DNA of 64,000 bases from Candidatus Marinacidobacterales bacterium (GTDB taxonomy: Bacteria > Acidobacteriota > Vicinamibacteria > Marinacidobacterales > SMYC01), in assembly GCA_965224085.1 (NCBI GenBank), contig CBDCYI010000005.1:1280001-1344000 (forward strand). Direction: 5' to 3'. Every line of letters begins with the position of its first letter. Position 1 is the stretch's first letter. This document shows positions 9,438 through 18,615 of this stretch, in pieces. Under the pieces are notes generated by a model. That model saw only the letters and a list, made by a program, of their open reading frames with translations, was not told the DNA's origin and ran no database searches. A program made the translations under genes and the position numbers.

Positions 9438-10304
9438 GGTACTTTCGAGTGAACGAACGATTTCGGTCACTCCCCGATGACCTCCGCCCACGCGGGCGGT
9501 GCCATTGCTGTCAAATTGAGCTGGTGACTGACAGAATGGTCCAATGAAGACCGATGCGCCAAGCTACCACGGCTATCGATTTCCACCGGAAATCATCAGC
9601 CACGCCGTCTGGCTCTACCACCGATTCTGCGTGAGCTTTCGAAACGTCGAAGAGCTGCTTGCTCAGCGAGGTATCACGGTTTCTTACGAAGCGGTCCGAC
9701 TGTGGTGCATTAAGTTCGGGCCGGAATACGCTCGGCGACTGAAGCGTCGGCAGGGTCGTCTCGGTGACACATGGCACCTGGACGAGGTCTTCATAAAGAT
9801 ACAAGGTGAACGCCAATACCTCTGGCGCGCGGTAGACCAAGACGGTGATGTAATCGATATCCTCGTCCAGCCTCGCCGTGATCAGAAAGCCGCCAAACGA
9901 TTCTTCCGCAAGCTGTTGAAGGGGCAAGGCCGTCCGCCCTGGCAGCTGGTCACCGACAAACTGAGAAGCTACAGCGCCGCTCACCGCGAGGTCATGCCGT
10001 CCGTTCGTCCACGACCAGTACAGAAACAACCTAGCCGAAGTCTCGCACGAACCGACGCGACAACGGGAACGACAGATGCGGAAGTTTAAAGCTCCTGGGC
10101 AGGCGCAACGATTCTTGACCGTGCATGGACTCGTGCAAAATCTCTTTCGCGTCGGACGGCATTTGTTGCAAGCGCATCATCATCGGGAGCTACGAGACCG
10201 CGCTTTCATCGTCTGGCAGGAGGTAACCTGTGCCGTCCGATGAGAGCAAAGGAAATCAGCTCGACGCGATAGGTTCGCTCGCTCAACGTCAACTTGACAA
10301 TACC
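9438..10304 (+). mobile_element. IS6 family element (copy 1, frameshifted)
   Basis: Near-identical to 18616-19487 (inverted); end GGTATTGTCAAGTT. Confidence 0.9.
9544..10241 (+). pseudogene. IS6 transposase, frameshifted (+1 nt and -6 nt near 10000-10016 relative to copy 2)
   Basis: RFPPEII…WHLDEV…YLWRAVD…VTDKL; indels seen by comparison with the intact copy. Confidence 0.9.
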
Positions 10305-10311
10305 CTTTTTT

Positions 10312-10361
10312 GCTTCTTCGTAATCAGCAGGTCGGAAGTTCAAGTCCTCTCGCCGACTCTA
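10312..10361 (+). pseudogene. Degenerate 3' half of tRNA-Thr(CGT), att-like remnant
   Basis: TT-CGT-AA anticodon loop, TCAGC, AGGTC variable loop, GTTCAAGTC T-loop, CGCCGAC-T-CTA acceptor end. Confidence 0.65.
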
Positions 10362-10396
10362 TTTTGTCAGTGATCCGTAGAAAGTGACTGTCGCTC

Positions 10397-10783
10397 CTAT
10401 CCCACTTTCTGTTTGATCTGATGAATCCGTTGATGGGAAAGTCCTAGTAGGTCGGCCTGGTCGCGTGTGCTCAACTTCAGGCGTTCGCTGAGTTGTTTGA
10501 TTGCTTTCTCGAGTGCTCCTGCGCTTTGTTTTTGAAGCCTTTCCACATCGTGCCGATAATCGGCCACCTTCCGTAACATCTTCTGGACGTCCTTCGGCAG
10601 TTTTATCTCGTCCCGCAGTTCAACGCTATCGGCATCGTCGATATACAGCGTCAGAGCCTCCCGAATCCGCCGCCGGGCCTCGTCGAGACTTCTCCCTTGT
10701 GTATGGCAGCCACGGAATCGTACGACGGTCGCCACCCACCATCCGCCTTCGTCGCGTTCATACCGGACCGTGTAGCGCTTCAT
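10397..10783 (-). CDS. hicB: HicB family antitoxin with C-terminal HTH
   Basis: GWWVA…GCHTQG.SLDEA..RIREAL; ATGA overlap with hicA; C-terminal 'ADLLGLSHQRIHQI'. Confidence 0.88.
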   Translation of the reverse strand: MKRYTVRYERDEGGWWVATVVRFRGCHTQGRSLDEARRRIREALTLYIDDADSVELRDEIKLPKDVQKMLRKVADYRHDVERLQKQSAGALEKAIKQLSERLKLSTRDQADLLGLSHQRIHQIKQKVG

Positions 10784-10983
10784 GCTTTCACCCATTTCTT
10801 TCCGAGGCACGGCTCGAGATCGCGCTCGATACTCCTCAAGAGTCCAGGCCCCAGCTCTTCACCTTTGTGAATGGGCACTGTCGTGGAACATCTCCCGCAT
10901 CTGACCCGGACATGCGAGCCCTTCTGTCGAACAACCTCACAGCCGAGCTTGCGAAGCCTGCGTAAAAGGTCGCTCCCTTTCAC
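10780..10983 (-). CDS. hicA: HicA family mRNA interferase toxin
   Basis: RQKGSH, TTVPIH, GLLRSI motifs; 67 aa. Confidence 0.9.
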   Translation of the reverse strand: MKGSDLLRRLRKLGCEVVRQKGSHVRVRCGRCSTTVPIHKGEELGPGLLRSIERDLEPCLGKKWVKA

Positions 10984-11347
10984 AGATATATTATACGTTG
11001 AGGGCGCATATCTGTCTAGTTTGCTAGACGGATGCGGCTGACCCCGCTGGGCTCGAGATCATCCGACCTTTACATGTCCCCTCGCCGTCTATGCCGCGCA
11101 CGCGCTGCAGCTCGCGCTCGGGGCTGCCGATCGCTCGCCGAGCTCAAGCGAAACGCGCGTATCGGGTTCGCGACCAGGCCATCGACGGCGAAACCTATTC
11201 GAAGCTTCTACGGAGTGAGGAAGAGCGGGCGCGAGCGCGCAAATATTACTTGACGTAGCTGATGCACTTCCGCTCCGAGAAAATGGCGGGAGTTTCCGCA
11301 ACTCGTTCCAGCCGTTCTCGCCCTCGCTCGCTGCGTCGTCAGGCGGC

Positions 11348-11965
11348 TCAGTTCCCGACGCGGTGTCGTTCGCGCAAGACCTCCGTCACCTCCGAAAGCG
11401 TGCGATCCGAGGCCGCGAGCACCACCAGGAGGTGATAGATAAGATCCGCGGCTTCTTCCACCACGCGCCCGTCGCGGCTCGTCGCCGAGACCGCAACCTC
11501 CACACCCTCCTCCCCGACCTTCTTCGCCATTGTCTCGATACCATCCGCAAACAATCGTGCCGTATAGCTCCCGTCGGGATCGGACGTCTTCCGATCATCG
11601 ATGATCTCGGCCAGCCGCGCGAGCCAGCCGAGCCCGGGCGCATCGTCATCGCCGAAACAGCTCGTCGTACCACGGTGGCACGTCGCTCCCTTCGGCCGGG
11701 CGAAAACGAGGAGCGTGTCGCCGTCGCAGTCGATCTCGACGCTTTCGATCTCGAGTGTGTTTCCGGAGGTTTCGCCCTTTCGCCACAGGCGTTTTTTGGC
11801 GCGGCTGTAAAACGTTACCACACCGCTCTCCCGGGTGCGCTCGAGGGCGGCACGGTCCATGTAGCCCAACATGAGAACCTGAAGCGTCCTCGCATCTTGA
11901 ACGATCGCGGGGACGAGCCCGTTTCCCTTCTCCCAATCGATCGTGAGGCCGTCGATCGACGTCAT
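11348..11965 (-). CDS. hisIE: Bifunctional phosphoribosyl-AMP cyclohydrolase / phosphoribosyl-ATP pyrophosphatase
   Basis: [45 protein letters not shown]. Confidence 0.95.
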   Translation of the reverse strand: MTSIDGLTIDWEKGNGLVPAIVQDARTLQVLMLGYMDRAALERTRESGVVTFYSRAKKRLWRKGETSGNTLEIESVEIDCDGDTLLVFARPKGATCHRGTTSCFGDDDAPGLGWLARLAEIIDDRKTSDPDGSYTARLFADGIETMAKKVGEEGVEVAVSATSRDGRVVEEAADLIYHLLVVLAASDRTLSEVTEVLRERHRVGN

Positions 11966-12729
11966 ATTCGCACCTCGATGCCTTCCTCGACAAGATAACG
12001 TTTGAGTGCCCCGATCGCGATGGAACGCTTGTGAAACACGCTCGCCGCTAGAGCCCCATCGACGTTCACCTCGCGGAAGACGTCGCGAAAATGCTCCGGG
12101 CTTCCCGCACCTCCCGAAGCAACGAGCGGAATCTCGATGGCCTCGCGCACCAGCTTCAACTGTTCGAGATCGTAGCCCTGGCGCACACCATCCTGGTTCA
12201 TACAGTTGAGAACTATCTCTCCGGCACCGCGCCGCGCGACTTCCTGAGCCCATTTGAGCGTGCGCCGTCCACTCGCAAACGTCTTGTTCGGGTCACCAGT
12301 GTATTGATAGGTGACATACTCGCCGCCTTCGCTCTTCGAATCGATCCCGATCACCACGCACTGCGTCCCGAAAACATCCGCGAGCTCGTCGACTAGCTCC
12401 GGTCTCTCGAGCGCGGGCGAGTTGATCGAGATCTTCTCCGCGCCTCTCGACAAAACCGCGTGCGCGTCTTCGACCGAGCGGATTCCACCAGCGACGCAAA
12501 ACGGAATGTCGAGCTCACGCGCCACACGCTCTACCCAATCCCGGCTCACGGAGCGGCCTTCGGCGGAGGCGGTAATGTCGTAGAACACGAGCTCGTCGGC
12601 ACCTTCATCCCGGTAACGGCGCGCCAAGTCGAGTATGTTACCGACGTTTTCGTGATCCCGAAAACGGACTCCCTTCACGACCATCCCGTCGCGAACGTCG
12701 AGGCATGGGATGATGCGCTTCGCTAGCAT
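11962..12729 (-). CDS. hisF: Imidazole glycerol phosphate synthase cyclase subunit
   Basis: [37 protein letters not shown]. Confidence 0.96.
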   Translation of the reverse strand: MLAKRIIPCLDVRDGMVVKGVRFRDHENVGNILDLARRYRDEGADELVFYDITASAEGRSVSRDWVERVARELDIPFCVAGGIRSVEDAHAVLSRGAEKISINSPALERPELVDELADVFGTQCVVIGIDSKSEGGEYVTYQYTGDPNKTFASGRRTLKWAQEVARRGAGEIVLNCMNQDGVRQGYDLEQLKLVREAIEIPLVASGGAGSPEHFRDVFREVNVDGALAASVFHKRSIAIGALKRYLVEEGIEVRI

Positions 12730-13466
12730 GCGATCGCCTCGGAGAGATCGATGCGTTTCTCGTACAGCGCTTTGCCAACAATCGTACCGGCGAGCCCCAT
12801 AAGCTTCAGCGTACGGAGATCGGAAAGTGCGGACACGCCGCCGGATGCGAGAACGTCGAGCCCAGGGAAACGCTGGCGGATCTCACGGTAGAGCCGGGTG
12901 TTGGGCCCACCAAGTGTCCCGTCGCGTTCGATGTCCGTGCACAGCACGTACCGCAAGCCGGAGCCTTCGTAGCTTTGGTAGCTTTCGTATTCGGCCAGAA
13001 GAACCCAAAGCGACGTTGCGCTCTCCGTTTGCCAGCCGTGGGTTGCCGGAAACGGCACACCCCGTTTCATTCGTACATCGAACGCAAGCACCAAAGCATC
13101 GGGACCGAAGGCGGACAGCCACTCGCGAACCTCGGACGGCGCGTCGACGGCCCGGCTCCCCACCACGACGCGATCGACACCGGCGTTCAAGAGCGTCTCG
13201 ACCTGCGTCGCCTGACGGATGCCGCCACCAACCTGTAACTTGAGATCCGTCACGCGGGCGAGCCTGAGGATCGTTTCCGTCTGTGACGCCGCCCCATCTC
13301 TCGCCCCGTCGAGGTCGACGACGTGCAGCCATTCCGCACCCGCGCGCTGAAACTCGCGAGCGCGCTCGAGCGGGTCGCGTGAGTAGACGGTTTTCGAGGC
13401 GAAGTCTCCCTGATAGAGACGAACGCACTCACCTGCCGAGAGATCGATCGCGGGGTAGATGATCAC
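12723..13466 (-). CDS. hisA: ProFAR isomerase
   Basis: [44 protein letters not shown]. Confidence 0.95.
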   Translation of the reverse strand: MIIYPAIDLSAGECVRLYQGDFASKTVYSRDPLERAREFQRAGAEWLHVVDLDGARDGAASQTETILRLARVTDLKLQVGGGIRQATQVETLLNAGVDRVVVGSRAVDAPSEVREWLSAFGPDALVLAFDVRMKRGVPFPATHGWQTESATSLWVLLAEYESYQSYEGSGLRYVLCTDIERDGTLGGPNTRLYREIRQRFPGLDVLASGGVSALSDLRTLKLMGLAGTIVGKALYEKRIDLSEAIAC

Positions 13467-14062
13467 GACAGGCTCACGAAATTTTGGAGCAGGCGCGCGC
13501 CCGCACGCGCGGAGCGCTCCGGGTGGAATTGGCAGCCGAAGAAATTATCTCGCGCCACTATTGCGCTGATGTCCACACCATGACAGGTCGTTGCGATCGT
13601 GTGCTCGGACACGGCCGCGTAGTAGCTGTGGACGAAATAGACACGCGCGGCGGACTCGATGCCTTCGAGTAGAGGATGGGCACGCACACCGAACACGAGC
13701 CGGTTCCAGCCCATATGCGGGATCGTGAGAGCGTCACCACCCGGCAGATGCGCTATACGTCCGGGAAGAATATCGAGCGTCTCCGTATCACCTTCTTCGG
13801 ATCGCTCGAACATCGCCTGCATCCCGAGGCAGATGCCGAGACAGGGTTGTCGCAAGGACCGCAGACACTCCGTGAGCTGACGCTCGCGCATTCGCGCCAT
13901 GAAAGACGTCGCCGCGCCGACGCCCGGCAGTACGACGTGTGTTGCCGCCCGGATCACACTTCTCTCGAAAGTGACCTCGGGAGAGACGCCGAGCCGCTCG
14001 AGCGCGAACGTTACCGAGGCGACGTTGGCACAGCCGCTGTCGACGATCGCGACGCGTGTCAC
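13463..14062 (-). CDS. hisH: Imidazole glycerol phosphate synthase glutaminase subunit
   Basis: LPGVG, LGICLGMQ, PHMGWN, YFVHSY, QFHPERS; GTGA overlap. Confidence 0.95.
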   Translation of the reverse strand: MTRVAIVDSGCANVASVTFALERLGVSPEVTFERSVIRAATHVVLPGVGAATSFMARMRERQLTECLRSLRQPCLGICLGMQAMFERSEEGDTETLDILPGRIAHLPGGDALTIPHMGWNRLVFGVRAHPLLEGIESAARVYFVHSYYAAVSEHTIATTCHGVDISAIVARDNFFGCQFHPERSARAGARLLQNFVSLS

Positions 14063-15708
14063 AGGATCCCTTTCGTGGAGGGGATTTCGGTTCCAGAGCA
14101 ACGGATTGCCTGCCGCAGTGCACGCCCGAACCCTTTGAAGCAGGACTCGACCATGTGGTGTGTGTTCTGCCCGGACACGCGAACGTGGATCGCGGCGCCG
14201 AGACTCTGCGCTAGCGATTCGAAGACGTGGGGCACCAATTCGGTCGCGAGCTCACCGACGCGGAGATCCGGAAGCGTGCCTTCGAAGACGGCGGCGGGTC
14301 GGCCGCTGAGATCGACGAGGACTTCGGCGCGCGCCTCGTCCATCGGGAGCACGAAGCCGTACCGCTCGATACCGCGTTTTTCCCCCAACGCCTCCCGCAA
14401 GGCTTGGCCGAGAACGAGGGTGGCGTCCTCGACGGTATGATGGGCGTCAATGTGAAGGTCCCCTTCACACAACAGACGAAGCCCGAACCCACCGTGCCGC
14501 GCCACCTGCTCGAGCATGTGATCGAAAAACCCGATCCCGGTGCTCACCTCGACGTGGCCACCGCCATCGAGCTCGACGGACGCCGAGATTCTCGTTTCCT
14601 TCGTCTCGCGGGCGACGATCGCGCGCCTCTCGGGTCGGGACCTCGTCCCGGCGACACCGAGCGCTTCGAGAAGCAAGGCGTTATCTTCCGGTGCCCCCAC
14701 GCTGACACGCACGCCGTCACGAAGACTTCCTGCGAAGTGCCGGACCAGAATGCCGCGGGAGCGCAATCTCTTGGCGAAAGCCGCGCCATCCGCGACATCG
14801 AGCAGCAGGAAATTGGCGTCGCTCGGGTGCACGCGGCAAATGTCCGCGCAGCCCGTGAGCGCACGCGATAGCTCGTCGCGTGCCTGTCTCAATCGAGCGA
14901 CGCGCACGCGGACCTCGGCAAGTCCATGGGGCGTCAGCGCGGCGAGCACCGCCTTCACGGTCGGTGCTGGAATCGGATAGGGCGCGAGCGCACGTTCCAT
15001 GAGCTCGAGGATCTCGGGCGAGCCAACCGTCGCGCCGCAGCGTGCCCCCGCGAGAGCAAAGGCTTTCGATAGCGTCCGTAGGACGACCAGGTTCGGCACC
15101 TCTGAGACCCGGCTTGCGAGGCTCCCCATCGACGAAAACTCGACATAGGCCTCGTCGACGACGAGAATCTGTTTTTCGAGTTTATCGGCAATCTCCAGAA
15201 TCACGTCTGGGTCGGTGGCGCCTCCCGTCGGATTGTTGGGTGAGCAAAGGAAGACGAGCTTCGCCGAGCTTTCCGGACTCGTGGCAACCTCGACGAGACG
15301 CTCGTCATCGACGGTAAAGCCGTCGCCGAGGGCAACCGAAACGATCCGAGCTCCCTGGATCTCGGCTGCAACGCGGTAGTAGCCGAACGTGGGCGGGCAG
15401 ATGACGACCGCGTCTTGCGAGGGTCGGCAGAAGACACGCACGAGAAGATCGATGGCTTCGTCGCTTCCGCGAGTCACGAGGAGTTGATCCGTGGACACGC
15501 CGTAGAGGTCAGCGAGTCGACGCGTGAGCTCGACCGGCTGTTTTGCCGGGTAGCGGTTGAGACCCACCTGCGATGGAAAGGCAGGCCACGGGCTCTCGTT
15601 CGCATCCAGCCGGATACACTCTTCCGCTTCGGGAACGGCGTTTCGGGCAGACGCATACGGTCGAAGGCTCAGGACCTCCGGCCGCGCCAGCTCGCGAATC
15701 GTCGTCAC
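14059..15708 (-). CDS. hisCB: Fused histidinol-phosphate aminotransferase (HisC) + imidazoleglycerol-phosphate dehydratase (HisB/IGPD)
   Basis: N: LDANE, NRYP, GSDEAI, CSPNNPTG, DEAY, RTLSKA; C: RETKET, TGIGFFDHML, DAHHTVED, NTHHMVE, PSTKG. Confidence 0.92.
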   Translation of the reverse strand: MTTIRELARPEVLSLRPYASARNAVPEAEECIRLDANESPWPAFPSQVGLNRYPAKQPVELTRRLADLYGVSTDQLLVTRGSDEAIDLLVRVFCRPSQDAVVICPPTFGYYRVAAEIQGARIVSVALGDGFTVDDERLVEVATSPESSAKLVFLCSPNNPTGGATDPDVILEIADKLEKQILVVDEAYVEFSSMGSLASRVSEVPNLVVLRTLSKAFALAGARCGATVGSPEILELMERALAPYPIPAPTVKAVLAALTPHGLAEVRVRVARLRQARDELSRALTGCADICRVHPSDANFLLLDVADGAAFAKRLRSRGILVRHFAGSLRDGVRVSVGAPEDNALLLEALGVAGTRSRPERRAIVARETKETRISASVELDGGGHVEVSTGIGFFDHMLEQVARHGGFGLRLLCEGDLHIDAHHTVEDATLVLGQALREALGEKRGIERYGFVLPMDEARAEVLVDLSGRPAAVFEGTLPDLRVGELATELVPHVFESLAQSLGAAIHVRVSGQNTHHMVESCFKGFGRALRQAIRCSGTEIPSTKGIL

Positions 15709-17027
15709 TTGGACACCTTTTGCGCCAAGACCCTCCTGCGAAGCCCGATCGCTCGGGCGTGCGCCTCGAGGCCTTCGAGCCGCGCGAGCCGTTCGACGCT
15801 AGGCCCGAGTCCTTCGATCCCCTCCTCGGTGAGACACTGGACGGTCATCGTCTTGCAGAACGATTCCAAAGTGAGGCCCCCGTAGGCGCGCGCGTGCCCG
15901 TAGGTCGGCAGGACGTGATTGGTCCCGCTCGCGTAGTCTCCGAACGCCTCCGCTGACCACGGCCCGACAAAAACCGAGCCCGCGTGTCGGACGGATTCGA
16001 CGATTTCATCGGCGCCGTCGCAATTGAGAATCAGGTGCTCGGGAGCGTATTCGTTCGATACATCGATGGCCTGTGAAAGATCGCGGACAACGATGGCGCG
16101 AGCGCCGCTCATTGCCATCTCGGCAATCGCGCGACGCGGAAGATCCGCGAGCTGCCGCGTGAGCTCGCGCTCGACACGATTCGCGAGCGACGGGGACGGC
16201 GTGACGAGGACGACCTGAGCTGTTTCGTCGTGCTCCGCCTGGCTCAACAGATCCGCAGCCACGAACGCGGGCTCGGCGGAATCGTCGGCAATGACGAGAA
16301 CCTCGCTCGGACCCGCCGGGAAGTCGATCGCCGGTCCGCTAGGCGCACTCGAGACCAGCTGCTTCGCGGCTGCTACGTACGCATTGCCGGGACCGAAGAT
16401 CTTGTCGACGCGGGCAATGGTCTCGGTACCATAGGCCATAGCCGCCACCGCTTGCGCACCCCCCACTTTGAACACCATCGATACCCCGCAAAGCTCCGCG
16501 GCTGCGAGAACGTGCTCGTTGACACGGCCATCGCGGCCAGGCGGTGTGCAAACGATGCTTTCCCGGCATCCGGCAAGTCGCGCCGGGGCGGCGAGCATGA
16601 GGAGCGTCGACACGAGTGGAGCGCTTCCCCCCGGGACGTAGAGCCCGACCCGATCCACAGGCCGGCTCACGCGCCGGCACGAGACACCCGGCTCCGTCTC
16701 CACCTCCACGCTAGGAGCGCGCTGCAGACGGTGAAAGACCTCGATGTTCTGCAGGGCGCGCGCCAGGCAATTCGTATCTTCCGGGTCGATCGCGGCACTG
16801 GCCGCCGCGATCTCGTCATCGGCGACGCGCAAGCTCTCGAGACGCGCGCCATCGAATCGCTCGGTGAAAGCGAACAAGGCGTCGTCGCCGCGCCGAGCGA
16901 CCTCCGCGCAGATGCTACGAACCGCCGTGGCGACGGCGGCGGCGTGCGCGAGCGAAGGACGGGCAAGCGCAAGCCGCCGTGCCTCGTCGTCAAGGTGTGC
17001 CCATGGAACACGTTTCAGAGACACCAT
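15705..17027 (-). CDS. hisD: Histidinol dehydrogenase
   Basis: GLYVPGG, GPGNAYV, AGPSEV, DLLSQAEHD, APEHL, GTNHVLPT. Confidence 0.96.
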   Translation of the reverse strand: MVSLKRVPWAHLDDEARRLALARPSLAHAAAVATAVRSICAEVARRGDDALFAFTERFDGARLESLRVADDEIAAASAAIDPEDTNCLARALQNIEVFHRLQRAPSVEVETEPGVSCRRVSRPVDRVGLYVPGGSAPLVSTLLMLAAPARLAGCRESIVCTPPGRDGRVNEHVLAAAELCGVSMVFKVGGAQAVAAMAYGTETIARVDKIFGPGNAYVAAAKQLVSSAPSGPAIDFPAGPSEVLVIADDSAEPAFVAADLLSQAEHDETAQVVLVTPSPSLANRVERELTRQLADLPRRAIAEMAMSGARAIVVRDLSQAIDVSNEYAPEHLILNCDGADEIVESVRHAGSVFVGPWSAEAFGDYASGTNHVLPTYGHARAYGGLTLESFCKTMTVQCLTEEGIEGLGPSVERLARLEGLEAHARAIGLRRRVLAQKVSK

Positions 17028-17031
17028 GGGC

Positions 17032-17928
17032 TCATGCCAACATTTTCTCGATGGGCAACACGAGAATGGCGCTCGCCCCGGCGCTTCTCAGCTTCTCCAT
17101 CGTTTCCCAGAAGACACTTTCTTCGCAGACGGCATGGACGGCGACTTGGTCTCCATCACCCGCAAGCGGCATCACCGTCGGCGACGCGGCCCCCGGAAGG
17201 ACCGATACGATGGCGTCCACCGACGCGCTCGGGGCGTTCATCATGATGTACTTGGTGTTCGCCGAGCGGATCACGCCCCGAATGCGCCGAATGAGACGCT
17301 CTGCAGTGTCGCGTTTGAGGTCTGAGAGACCGTTGGAACGCTTGAGGAGGAGTGCCTCGCTCTCGAGAACTGTCGAAATTTCTTCCAGTTGGTTCGCCTC
17401 GAGCGTGGCTCCAGTCGAGACTAAATCGCAAACGGCATCAGCGATTTTGATGCGGGGCGCGACCTCGACCGAGCCCGTCATTTCGACGATGTCCGCGCAT
17501 ACGCTTTGGGCGTCGAGGTAGTGTTTGAGGGTCGCCGGGTACGACGTTGCGATCCGCAACCCGTCGAGTTGGGACGGCGTCGACAGTCCCGATGCCGTCG
17601 GGACCGCGACGGCTAGCCGGCAACGTGAAAAGCCGAGCGGCAGGACCACCTCGGCCTCGAAGCCCGGGCCATTCCGGAGTTCCACTTCCCGGAGAACGTT
17701 TTCCCCAACGATACCGAGATCGCTCACGCCGTCGCTGACGAAGCCCGGGATGTTGTCGTCACGCACGAGCAACACGTCGATGGGAAGCTCTTCGATCCGC
17801 GAGTACAGCTCGCTCTTGCTCTTCGAGAGATGGAGGCCGCACTGCCGTAACAGGTTGAGGCTGGCGTCGGCGAGGCGGCCCGACTTCTGCATAGCGACGC
17901 GGAGCCGCTCGGCATCTCTAACGGGCAC
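17032..17928 (-). CDS. hisG: ATP phosphoribosyltransferase (long form)
   Basis: QKSGRL, IATSYP, GSVEVAP, DLVSTGATL, C-terminal regulatory domain ending PIEKML. Confidence 0.95.
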   Translation of the reverse strand: MPVRDAERLRVAMQKSGRLADASLNLLRQCGLHLSKSKSELYSRIEELPIDVLLVRDDNIPGFVSDGVSDLGIVGENVLREVELRNGPGFEAEVVLPLGFSRCRLAVAVPTASGLSTPSQLDGLRIATSYPATLKHYLDAQSVCADIVEMTGSVEVAPRIKIADAVCDLVSTGATLEANQLEEISTVLESEALLLKRSNGLSDLKRDTAERLIRRIRGVIRSANTKYIMMNAPSASVDAIVSVLPGAASPTVMPLAGDGDQVAVHAVCEESVFWETMEKLRSAGASAILVLPIEKMLA

Positions 17929-18226
17929 GGCTCTGCTTCAGGCGGTCCAGTAGCAGTCGGTAACCCCGGTTCGGCTCCTGCCCGAGAAAACGAGCAACCC
18001 GCGTGATCGTGGTGGTACTGACGCCGGTCTCGTCGTGGATTTCGCGGTACGAGAGCTCGCCTTCGTCGAGAAGCCGGGCCACGTGCCACCTCTCTGATAG
18101 AGCCTTCAGCTCGGCGGGGGTCGTGATGTCTTTGAAGAATCTCCGACATTCACGGACCGTGTCGAGGGCCAGGACGGCGTGGAAGAGATCGTCGTACGGT
18201 TCGGCTTTGCGCTTGCGCTTCATCAT
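17918..18226 (-). CDS. TrpR-like YerC/YecD family regulator (putative HisR)
   Basis: FFKDITTPAEL…RW.VA.LL…YREI…TGVSTTTITRVAR; first gene of his operon. Confidence 0.88.
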   Translation of the reverse strand: MMKRKRKAEPYDDLFHAVLALDTVRECRRFFKDITTPAELKALSERWHVARLLDEGELSYREIHDETGVSTTTITRVARFLGQEPNRGYRLLLDRLKQSRAR

Positions 18227-18229
18227 ATC

Positions 18230-18247
18230 GTATTAGCATACTAATAC
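18230..18247. promoter_or_regulatory. Palindromic operator GTATTAG-N4-CTAATAC overlapping the his operon promoter
   Basis: Perfect 7-bp IR just upstream of the regulator ATG; minus-strand TTGCTT-17-TAGTAT promoter overlaps it. Confidence 0.7.
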
Positions 18248-18351
18248 AGTACGACGGACCAAGCAAGCGAATTCCGACCGCTTGATGAAGGGACGCAATT
18301 GATGGCGGAAGCACCAAGAAGTGATGAACAGAGGACCCGGGCGCGCAAGTA

Positions 18352-18615
18352 TCAACTGACGTAGCTCGCGAAACGGCGCACGCCTTCTTCGATCTGGCCG
18401 ACGTCCAAGCTGCCATAGCCGAACAAAAGGCCCGCGCGCGCTTTTTTGGGCGTCGCATAGTACGGTGCGGCCGAGTAGAGGCCGACTCCATCCTCCGCCG
18501 CCCGTTGGGTCAGCTCCGAGAGCGCGCGCTCGTCGAACCCGGAAAGCCACACGAGGACATGGATGCCCGCGTTCGAGCCCGAGACTTCGAAACGGTCGCC
18601 GAGGTAGCGCTCGAG
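18352..18615 (-). pseudogene. C-terminal fragment of MocR/GabR-type PLP-dependent regulator truncated by IS6
   Basis: AGIHVLVWL, GLLFGYGSL…IEEGVRR typical C-terminus; abuts IS6 end. Confidence 0.75.

Noticed and set aside
9990-10030. Programmed frameshift in IS6 copy 1
   Set aside because: Comparison with intact copy 2 shows a +1 and a -6 indel; no slippery site, and IS6 uses a single ORF
12967-12990. 9-bp tandem micro-duplication in hisA (…YESYQSYE…)
   Set aside because: In frame and probably a neutral loop insertion
18248-18351. His-leader attenuator
   Set aside because: No His-codon-rich leader ORF or terminator hairpin
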